Shown here in pieces: positions 26,101 to 36,900 of a stretch of 64,000 nucleotides of DNA. The stretch comes from Phoronis australis. Taxonomy: Eukaryota > Animalia > Phoronida. The notes beneath the pieces were generated by a model. It was not told where the DNA came from and searched no databases. It saw nothing but the letters and a program-made list of their open reading frames with translations. Each line of letters opens with the position of its first letter. Position 1 is the stretch's first letter. Where the stretch lies: contig NMRA01000762.1 in assembly GCA_002633005.1 (NCBI GenBank), positions 96,562 through 160,561 of the forward strand, given 5' to 3'. The position numbers and the translations under genes are program-made.

Positions 26101-27625
26101 AAAAGTTCAGGGTGTAACAGAGCTCAACACAGAGTGGTACCTAGCTGTATTTTGTCGATAGTCTTCATACACTCATACAGCTAGCTGGCTGACTGCACAT
26201 AGTGTACCTAATTATCAGAAGGACCCTAAATATCGGAAACTACAGAAAGTATTACTTGAAGCATAATTTGAGAAATAAATGACACCAATTTTCGTTCCAC
26301 TGTAATGCATTCAATGTCCAGCATTGAGATACTAAAAACTGCAGTGAGGTCGCACGTGAATTAATCGTCTGCACTGATTCATCTAGACAACTTGGTGGTG
26401 TCGTGGATAATTTTGTGGCACTAGTCGGATATAATGGACCCTAACTTATTCCAAATAAATCCACTAAATGTTAGTCTAAATGAATGATTTTGGTATCGTT
26501 GCATTCCTCAGACATCTGGCTATCCGTACAAATCCTTTTCACGACCCTCAATTACTCTAGTCTATAACTACGCCATTCTGAATTTGGTACACTTTAGCGT
26601 TAGCCACGCGCATTGTGAAATCGGCAGCCATTTCATTGGACTTACTATATCTAGCGCCATCTATCGGCGATTTGCTACAACACGCGCTGTTCCTTTTTCA
26701 TCAGTCAACATGGACGACGATAACATGACGGTGACAGATACGGTCGTGAGAGAGACGACGAAGGTGATGACGAGAGCAGATGATTAATAACGACTGACGT
26801 TAATAATATTGANNNNNNNNNNNNNNNNNNNNNNNNNNNNNNNNNNNNNNNNNNNNNNNNNNNNNNNNNNNNNNNNNNNNNNNNNNNNNNNNNNNNNNNN
26901 NNNNNNNNNNNNNNNNNNNNNNNNNNNNNNNNNNNNNNNNNNNNNNNNNNNNNNNNNNNNNNNNNNNNNNNNNNNNNNNNNNNNNNNNNNNNNNNNNNNN
27001 NNNNNNNNNNNNNNNNNNNNNNNNNNTGTAGTAATAGCCGAGATTACCCGACCCGGGGATCGAACCCGCGACCCCCATAAAACCCGGCAAGCGTGCTAAC
27101 CATTCAGCTAATAGGCAATTGCCCGTTAGCGAGTAGCTAACAGAGGCTCATATAATTCACCGGAAGCACATCTACAACATTCTCCCCTTTCCTCCGGAGC
27201 GGGCACGCGACAGGAAGGTGAACACCAGCAATTGCCTATTTGCTGAATGGTTAGCACGCTTGCCGGGTTTTATGGGGGTCGCGGGTTCGATCCCCGGGTC
27301 GGGTAATCTCGGCTATTACTACACACCCGTGGAATTTCTAGTCGGGAGTGTCATACCTTGTAGTATTATATGTAGTGTATTTGGGACGATCAGAAGCTGA
27401 GGACGCCTGTGCCTGTGGCTTGTCGCTGATCCGAGTGATCGCAGCAGGAATCGCAATCAGCAGAATGTCAAGAATTATTATCATATTTATGAAAATTTGA
27501 ATAGTTGTAGGTGTGAGAGTAGATCATACAGGCACAACGATAACAAGTAAGGCGAATGGGAAAGCGTTTTCGCAGATGATTCTTAGTGTCCAAATAAACT
27601 TACCTCGAGCGGGAGCTGCTGCCAT
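17890..27625 (-). CDS. TMEM216: Transmembrane protein 216 (ciliary transition-zone, TMEM17/TMEM216 family). Exons: 27604-27625, [24797-24845 putative], 23792-23883/23885, 23238-23330, 20934-21135, 17890-17905 (or read-through stop at 20930)
   Basis: Spliced translation MAAAPARG...RSSLPFQLLLYCNGWYFLFYWIAEVLMFVYKGIILPYPNGVLAPEIILMFIFAGIEAIRLFFGQKGNLTERILSVGICLGLSIASVFAVLYLILWQTYVLRVELILGGIELSFIGLQLLFGVISMATFARATQY* matches the TMEM216 pattern (SS.P..IL...NGWY, YKG..LPYP, IE..RLFFG.KGNL, QTYVLR.E). GT-AG junctions checked by hand; exon 2 is less certain. Confidence 0.88.
20096..20138. repeat. (TAA)n microsatellite
   Basis: Direct observation. Confidence 0.95.
21195..21645. repeat. Degenerate intronic minisatellite built from RFX X-box-like 14-mers (TMEM216 intron)
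   Basis: Alternating GTCACCATGRCARC and GWCTTTATRGTAAC modules repeated about 6 times each. Confidence 0.8.
22240..22674. repeat. Dispersed repeat copy 2 (inverted relative to 15350-15740), ends at TTAA; probable non-autonomous DNA transposon
   Basis: Reverse-complement similarity to 15350-15740; right end ...GTTGCATA|TTAA. Confidence 0.65.
27027..27323. mobile_element. LTR-like unit with tRNA-like Pol III module, present as 96-bp inverted arms (Helenus/TRIM-like)
   Basis: Arms 27027-27122 / 27228-27323 are near-perfect reverse complements with A box TAGCTGAATGG and B box GGTTCGATCCC. On the minus strand a polypurine tract GGAGGAAAGGGGAGAA (27180-27195) directly precedes TGTTG...CTACA (27179-27027). 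Left end abuts the gap 26813-27026. Confidence 0.65.
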
Positions 27626-27913
27626 TTTGGAAATTTGCGCCCTTGACAACTCGCGAAATTTCTCGTTTTTTCACTTCCTGGTTAAACGTGATTTGGGTTC
27701 AGTCGTACTAGTTTGTCATTTACCTCGAGATGCACCACTGAATATTACTGTGAATGCTTCCAATGATCTCTTAAGTAATTTTACTATGAAACAAATCACC
27801 ACAATTTCACAAAGAAACAAAATGATACAATATTTGCCTAGCGGAAATAAAAGGAGTGTCACGTGACCATCGACTTCCTTTTTATCGTCTCGGTTGTAAG
27901 CTTCTCACGAGAA
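27626..27913. promoter_or_regulatory. Bidirectional promoter shared by TMEM216 and SND1
   Basis: Divergent ATGs 288 bp apart; palindromic E-box GTCACGTGAC at 27858-27867, ETS-like CACTTCCTGG, YY1-like AAAATGGC over the TMEM216 start, TCGCGAAA. Confidence 0.7.
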
Positions 27914-30900
27914 ATGGCTCAGCCGCCACAAATTCAGCGTGGAATTGTAAAACAGGTGATTAAAATTTATCAGTAGTGGATCTTCATGTCATTCGGTCTA
28001 TATGCTACAATTTGAGGTCGTGTTTTTTCGTAACTTATACATTTTTGCTCTGAAACTAATCCCAAACAAACACCCGTGATCACTTTGCTGCCGTCCACCA
28101 ACGCTTGTTTACGTGGCATGCCACTGTTAACACATGTTTCCGGGTAGCGGAAGTGATTTACTTTCCTTCACAATTACTAGAAGCCCATGAAGTATTTTAT
28201 GACAAACGTTGCTCATTTATGTGATTGTTCCATTATTTGAATGTTTTTTTATACATTTTGGAAATACTTAATTAACAGTTATAACCTCATTGCATTATAA
28301 CAGCTGTTCACTGTTTTTTACTCATTTCAGTAGGATAATAATCTTAATACTTGGATAGATGGGTTCCTGATTTGAAATGGATTTGAGAACCAGTTACCGC
28401 CACTAAATAAAGCCCATTATTCAGTGGAAGTAACTGGTTCTCAAATCTGGGACCCACCTATTCAACTAGTATCATTTTTTCATCCCAGTACTTTGGCTAG
28501 TGTCCACATAAATCAAATTTGCTCTGCATAATCATTGATAACAACATAAAGCCTCTGTGCTCAAACAGACCTGGTATAGTAATATAACTGTAATGTATAA
28601 AAACTGCAGTGCAAGAATAAACTTAACCAAGTTGTGATGGTGTGCAAGTGTTCGGAGTTCAAAATTTTCCTCGTGACTGCTAATTTTTTAAACTATGATT
28701 CAAGTGAAGTGTTGCATGGTCAGTGATCGTCTGCATTCCAGTCAAGTCTTCTCTGGCGGCTCTCGGGGGATGGCGTGTTATTGGCTCCGAAATTCTATTC
28801 AGCAAACAGTAACAGAATCTTTTTGATGGCGAAACTTGCACTGTTCTCTAAGACAAATTGATCTTTCCAGGCTGCTACGTGAAGCCATTTCCAAATTTGC
28901 TGTCGCCAATGGGGATGAAAAAGAGCATTGGCATTGAAAAGTGAGCGACCAAATAATACTCTGCCATCCATGCGGATTTTCAAAAAAGCCAGTCCAGAAC
29001 CAACTATGCTTTCCTTGACCTATCAAATGAAACTCAAGAATGTTGTACTTAAAAATAGCAAGTACATTTTGAGTTCTTCACAAAACACTAACTGTATAAT
29101 AATGAAGCGCACACAACTCTTCACTTGTCAATCATGTGACTAGGCTGTCGGCATGTTATTGTTCCATTAGTATTGTGTATTTTGTTCATGAGCCAGTAGT
29201 GACTATAAAGCTCATGACAAGTCCCACTACTCGTTACTCCATAATATCCCTATACGGTTCAAGCAAGTCAAGTTACAGGTTCGGACAAATACCATAACCT
29301 GTCGCAAAATTGAGCAGTATACATTCATCCATGACTGTTTTCAGGTTCTGTCAGGAGATGCTGTTATCATACGGGGTCAGCCAAAAGGTGGACCACCCCC
29401 TGAGAGGCTCATGTGCCTATCCAATGTTACGGCCCCTCGCTTAGCACGTCGAGCCAACCCCAACCAACCTGATGCCGTGGACTCCAAGGATGAAGTCAGT
29501 ATCTTGCACACGTTTTGGTGATTTTTAACATTGATTGTAAACTCTAAGCTTGAAGTGGAAGTAGATGTACAATTGTTCCACATATAGAGTTCTCAGTGCA
29601 AACTTTGTTCATGATAAAGAAAAAATTAGATGTCGTTGCTATTATTATAAATGGAGTTGACAAGTCGTCACGTTTCTTCTTTATGTCCAAAGGAAACCAT
29701 TAACTAATTGTCAGGCAGAGAGTTATTGTTTTTTCTAATATGTCAATTTTACCCTGGAGGTAAAGCTGTGATGGATTCAGTTTAGACTCTCACATTGAAT
29801 ACTAAGTTTAAGTGACTTGTATTAGCTCCCTGTTGTTGTTTTTTGGTATAAATTAAGTACCCGACACTGGTACATTTAAACTGACTGTGGCATGTTGTTC
29901 AAAAGTACTGGACCAGCAGCATGTCTGTCACTACTGAAAAATCTCGTCAATTCCGTACAAAGTAATTGTTAGAGTTGCAAATTTTCATTTTTCGAATGCT
30001 TCTGACATTGCGATTGTCCATAATTTCTCAAAATATTGCTTGGCTGTACCGTAGGGCTATTGTATTGAATTTATGTAGCATAAATGAAGAAATATAATTT
30101 TGTCAATATTCCAAGGAATTGTTTAGGTTCACAATAGAGCTAATGAGAATAAATTTGAAAAGTATCCAATGGATATCGTTGTAAAATTGGGCATTCCTTC
30201 TGTTAATTCAGTGAAAATCTTAAAGGGTCTTATTTGGTATTGTAGCCATATGCCTGGGAGGCCAGAGAATTTCTGCGCAAGAAACTCATTGGTAAGGAAG
30301 TCATATTTACCGTGGAGTACAAGGTGCCGGGAACAGGTCGCGAGTATGGTTGCATCTATATTGGGAAAGGTACAGTTAATATTTTTGTCATGTGTTGGAC
30401 GATATCAATATCTGTGGCCGATGAGAATATTTAATCCTTTAAAACTACCTTGTTTTCTTCTGTTTAGCCGAGTCTAAAAAACAAAATCAGAATGAGGTCC
30501 ACTTGACCCTGCGGAGTCGATCTCTTAATTACTGGTTGTTATGCATACTGCTCTACTTCCGTTCTCACAAATAACATTCACTTGTGATAATCACAAGGCT
30601 CAGCCCTTCCAAAATTAGACTGTATCAACTCAAGCACATGGTAGTTCTCTTTCCACTCCTACTCATTGTTGCTGTCTTATGAATATGAATATTAATGATG
30701 TAGAAAGTGCTAATATTCTAACCAATCACCATGAACAGGTAGAATCTAACTACAAATAATTTTTTGGAGTGAAGACTTCTCACGATAAAAAGGCAGATCT
30801 GTAGTGCTTTATTTTAGTTGTAAATGAATTGAAGAGGAAGCACCGCTTTAAATCTATAGAGTATTGCCTCTGATATAGATAATTGTGGAATGGCATCCAA

Positions 30901-33900
30901 AGAGATGGCTAAGGATTTATTTTATTTTGATTATCTTTTTTGAATGTTACACTTGTGCTGTTGAGTACAATTCTTATTTCTTAACTCATGAATGAATTAT
31001 AAGTCAATGTTTTATTTCAGACCTCTCCTCCGAAAATGTAACAGAATCCATTGTAGCAGAAGGACTGGTTGAAGTGCGTCGTGGAGGAATCAAGGCAACC
31101 GAGTATGATTGTGTTGTCTATGTTTAAAGTAGTTTATTATAGAGTCGCATTGAATGGAAAAGTTTATCTGATTGAAAAACGTACTTGCACATAACCAGCA
31201 CACTCATGCCATTGCCAATAAACAATCTGTCTTGATGAGTGGCACAGATCCATCTTTCTGTTTTACACACATCTCACATTGATACACGCTCACTATGGCT
31301 GGTTCTTCAGAAAATATGGTCATGCTTGATTGTTTAAAATACTTGGGTTTTGCTGCACATCATGGCTGTGTCCATTAGGCAGTGTCATAGATATTTGCTG
31401 TTTTCGACACATTTGTGTTTGTTTGCTTGACAAAATAATATTCTTTTTATTTGAGGATGTTAATATTTTAAGTTATAAATTTTCTTTAGCGCACAGGTCA
31501 AATACAGTATCAGTTGACACTGATGGTGTGTGTTCTGTATTACTAGTCTAGTGATTTCTGTTTTGCATTCCATTTAGAAATGATACCTGGGCAATCTTTA
31601 ACAAACATTGTTCTTGTCTTTAGTGAGAATCAACAACGTCTCATACAGCTGGAGGACTCAGCAAAGGCTGCTGGGAAGGGCAAGTGGGCGCAGGGCACTG
31701 GGTCTGATCACGTGCGCAGCATTAAGTGGTCGCTTGAGGATCCTCGCAAGTTTGTGGAGACTCACCATGGCAAGCCTCTTCCAGGTATACACAAAGGCTG
31801 ATTTTGGGGGGACTTGTCCCCTGCTACATTCAGTGAAATATCCTAATGCCCTAATTTCCAAATTGAACATGGGCCGCTTCCGTTGATGGGAGCTTCTTTA
31901 CTTCAAATAAAATTCTCTCGCTTTCTTTGTTGTCATTAATTAGTGTTTTCCTGGCCTTCTGTAGATCTGTATGCAACAATAGAAGGTGGCATGTGTCTCA
32001 GTAAAAGACCCTCATCTTGTGTCAACATTCACTGTTGTGGAGCAAATGCAATGGCTGACACAGACTGTGCTCAATAGTGTGTCGATCATTGTCTTTATAG
32101 ACACACTGGCTGGGCCCTTTACATGGATTCTCCAATTGTTGCATGCTTAGTTATAGATGGTCAGTGCAACTGTAATTTAACATTGACAAACGTCTTTCCA
32201 AGATAACCAGAGATCTTTATTTTAGATAAAGGCAACGTGACCGTGAACAATTGCTTCTCCCTTAATACTAACCACTTGGGTGCCTAAGTCACATTATGCT
32301 TCTGTAGCCGTGTTAAAATCAAAAGCAATACACAGTGGAAATACACTGGTTATATGTGTTCCTGCGTTTGGTTGCTTGTAGTATATGACATTTACATGTG
32401 GCGATCAATAGGGTTGTTCTGTCATGAGATTCTTACATTTATGGAAAAGGTATCGTTATAACCTCGTGGTTCTTTACAATGTTTCTTTCACTGTTGAACA
32501 TAAAGTAATGTATGTCTGTGGTCTTCTGAGGCGTTGAATATATTATTGTCTACACATAAACAATTTATTCTTTCCTAAATGGCTTGAACGCAGGTGTCAA
32601 GGAGTTGTACTGACAACTTGAATAAAATGATTGGAAGATGGACAAAGTTTGAAATTCAACTAGGGGCAAATGGAAGTAAATGATACTATGCAGCGCACTA
32701 AGTAAAGGTATTATTATAGCGACATTGCTCTTTTTTTCAGCTGTGATTGAGCACGTGCGCGACGGATGCACTGTTAGAGCTTTCCTGTTGCCTTCGTTTG
32801 AGTATGTCACTGTCATGTTATCAGGAATCAAGGTAAGTGATTAGCTGGGGAAGCCTCTTTTAGACGCTTATGCCATTTCAGGGATAATTTGATGAACACG
32901 TCTCATGTCATGTGCACAAAAATAATTTCATTGACGCCCTGTGATTGCTTAACTCACACCTATGAGCTCATTAACATTAGGTGCGAAAAAGGACAAAAAA
33001 CTAACACGGGTTATAAGTCCTCCGAATTGGCGCTTAGCCTTGAGGCCGTGTGGGTCAATTCACCTGTACGGTGGCTTGTCTGAAACGATCTGTTCATTAT
33101 TTTATGTTATTAATGTTTTGAGTGTTGTTGAGTGCTGCTTTGGTGGTTCAAGAATGGTCAACGTCAAAGCAAGCTGGATTACCAAGCGATAAACATCTGT
33201 TAGCTCCATTCTGACCACAGTGTTATGATACAGAACGAGAACTCTAAACTTGCCTTATTTGACTTCTCAGTTTTTAGTTGCTGCTGCATAATTAAATCAA
33301 GACATTTGAAACTTATCATTCTATGAAACTGGATGTTCCAATTTAAAAGTCATGTTACTTAAACAACCGGTTCGGGTAACATGGCTTTTACTAAGTCTGG
33401 TTGGATTTGTGTAATTTACTGGTGGTCCCAATGTCCTGAGTGTCTGCACAATTGGCAGAAAGTGGAAGGTTCGAGCCAGGCCGAGTTGGAGATCTTTTCA
33501 GACTTAACTGTAGGTCACGTGACGTGACTAACATATGGCGTGTTAGAATTCTTATAATTCCTACTATATCTTTTACAAACTTGTGTTACATTCTATGTGG
33601 TTTCGACATATTTGAGTGCTGCTGATATGATATGCCCAAATTTTAATTCGATGATATTTCCAGTGCCCCATGTTCAAAATGGACAACGGGAAGCAGGTTC
33701 CCGAGCCGTTCGCGGAGGAGGCCAGATATTTCACGGAGTCAAGACTGCTGCAGCGTGATATTCACATTATTCTGGAGTCTACGTCCAATCAGAACCTACT
33801 TGGCACTGTCCTTCATCCGGTGAGTTTTGACCAAAGCTGGAAATAAGAAATAGGTCCAGAAAACTCCAAGTTGGATCCAAGCAGACAAAGATACAATATC

Positions 33901-36900
33901 ACAGAAAAAATGAAGCTTAGTTTTTTAAAGGTGAAGTGTGCAATTTAGAAAAACCATCCCACATATGCATTGGTTCACATTACTGCCTTTGAACTGAACT
34001 ATTCATCTAAGAACTCAATTCTAGCTACACTGGTCTCATTTGTTACATTTTGCTGCCTTTGACCATTTCAGAATGGTAACATTGCCGAGTTGCTGCTTCG
34101 AGAGGGGTTTGCACGATGTGTCGACTGGAGCATGGGAGCTGTCACTCAAGGCACAGAGAAACTACGTTCAGCTGAGAGGTAGGTAGAACGTCAAAGTTCT
34201 CCCTGGACAAAACTCAAGCATGTCTCAGAATGTGAGTCATNNNNNNNNCTTTTTTCAAATGTGCTTTCTGCTTTTTTTATAATATTTCCGTGTAAAAAAA
34301 TCGGATTTGATATAAAATTTCCGCAGCAAATTCCTTTCTTACCGCGGCGTTGCAGACGACGTTCACCTCGAAAAGTGGAAGTTGCTCTTTATTTTTCGGA
34401 GGAACGTAAATTGTCAACATTGCCGGGGCATCTGGGACAGCGTGGTGGGATTTTCAATGGCGTCTCGTGTTATTGTTAAGCGCGGCGACAAATACTACCG
34501 CTCTGCAGCCAAAAATGTGTGGGTTGGGAGTGGACGAGCGAGGTAAAAGGACGCAGACGCATGCTACTGATGGTGGTAACGTTTTTTTTTTTAGTCCCCC
34601 GATTTTTGTCGGGGAAAGGTTCACATTGACCATTTCAAGGCTGTTTATCGGGCATGGTTTGGGCCGTAAAAGTTTCAAAGTTTCCGCGTTTTTTGTCATT
34701 GGTAATTCCAAGCCCTGCTTTACATGGATTCTCCAATTGTTGCATGCTTAGTTGTAGATGGTCAGTTAAACTGTAATTTAACATTGACAAATGTCTTTCC
34801 ATGATGACCAGAGATCTTTATTTTAGATAAAGGCAACGTGACCGTGAACAATTGCTTCTCCCTTAATACTAACCACTTGGGTGCCAAAGTCACATTATGC
34901 TTCTGTAGCCGTGTTAAAATCAAAAGCAATACACAGTGGAAATACACTGGTTATTTGTGTTCCTGCGTTTGGTTGCTTGTAGTATTTGACATTTATATGT
35001 GGCGATCAATAGGGTTGTTCTGTCATGAGATTCTTACATTTATGGAAAAGGTATCGTTATAACCTCGTGGTTCTTTACAATGTTTCTTTCATTGTTGAAA
35101 ATAAAGTATTTTGTAAGATTTGGAGTATGTCTGTGGTCTTCTGAGGCGTTGAATATATTATTGTCTACACATAAACAATTTATTCTTTCCTAAATGGCTT
35201 GAACGCAGGTGTCAAGGAGTTGTACTGACAACTTGAATAAAATGATTGGAAGATGGATAAAGTTTGAAATTCAACTAGGGGCAAATGGAAGTAAATGATA
35301 CTATGCAGAGCACTAAGTAAAGATGTTATTATGGCGATGTGCTCTTTTTTCAGCTGTGATTGAGCACGTGCGCGACGGATGCACTGTTAGAGCTTTCCTG
35401 TTGCCTTCGTTTGAGTATGTCACTGTCATGTTATCAGGAATCAAGGTAAGTGATTAGCTGGGAAAGCCTTTTTTAGATGCTTATGCCATTTGAGGGATAA
35501 TTTGATGAGCACGTCTCATGTCATGTGCACAAAAATAATTTCATTGACGCCCTGTGATTGCTTAACTCAGACCTATGAGCTCATTAACATTGGATGCGAA
35601 AAAGGACAAAAAATTAACACGGGTTATAAGTCCTCCAAATTGGCGCTTAAACTTGAGGCCGTGTGGGTCGATTCACCTGTACCGTGGCTTGTCTGAAACG
35701 ATCTCTTCATTATTTTATGTTATTAATGTTTTGAGTGTTGTTGAGTGCTGCTTTGGTGGTTCAAGAATGGTCAACGTCAAAGCAAGCTGGATTACCAAGC
35801 GATAAACATGTGTTAGCTCCATTCTGACCACAGTATTATGATACAGAACGAGAACTCTAAACTTGCCTTATTTGACTTCTCAGTTTTTAGTGGCTGCCGC
35901 ATAATTAAATCAAGACATTTGAAACTTATCATTCTATGAAACTGGATGTCCCAATTTAAAAGTCATGTTACTTAAACAACCGGTTCGTGTATCATGGCTT
36001 TTACTAAGTCTGGTTGGATTTCTGTAATTTACTGGTGGTCCCAATAGCCTGAGTGTCTGCACAATTGGCAGAAAGTCGAAGGTTCGAGCCAGGCCGAGTT
36101 GGAGATCTTTACAGACTTAACTGTAGGTCACGTGATGTGACTAACATATGGCGTGTTAGAAGTCTTATAATTCCTACTATATCTTTTACAAACTTGTGTT
36201 ACATTCTATGTGATTTCGACATATTTGAGTGCTGCTGATATGATATGCCCATATTTAATTCGATGATATTTCCAGTGCCCCATGTTCAAAATGGACAACG
36301 GGAAGCAGGTTCCCGAGCCGTTCGCGGAGGAGGCCAGATATTTCACGGAGTCAAGACTGCTGCAGCGTGATATTCACATTATTCTGGAGTCTACGTCCAA
36401 TCAGAACCTACTTGGCACTGTCCTTCATCCGGTGAGTTTTGACCAAAGCTGGAAATAACAAATACGTCCAGAAAACTCCAAGTTGGATCCAAGCAGGCAA
36501 AGATACAATATCGTAGAAAAAACGAAGCTTGACTTTTTAAAGGTGAAGTGTGCAATTTAGACAAACTGTCCCACATATGCATTGCATCGCATTACTGCCT
36601 TTGAACTGAACTATTCATCTAAGAACTCAATTCTAGCTACACTGGTCTCATTTGTTACATTTTGCTGCCTTTGACCATTTCAGAATGGTAACATTGCCGA
36701 GTTGCTGCTTCGAGAGGGGTTTGCACGATGTGTCGACTGGAGCATGGGAGCTGTCACTCAAGGCACAGAGAAACTACGTTCAGCTGAGAGGTAGGTAGAA
36801 CGTCAAAGTTCTCCCTGGACAAAACGCAAGCATGTCTCAGAATGTGAGTCATAGTTTTCTGTCCTGGTCTGCTTTTCCGCTAATTTACATAAGCAAGTAT

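Noticed and set aside
26800-27099. ORFs spanning X residues
   Set aside because: They run through the N gap 26813-27026.
35354-36790. Mutually exclusive or duplicated SND1 exons 6-8 as a real isoform system
   Set aside because: Coding sequence appears identical, phases are incompatible for tandem use, and the boundary is an assembly gap.
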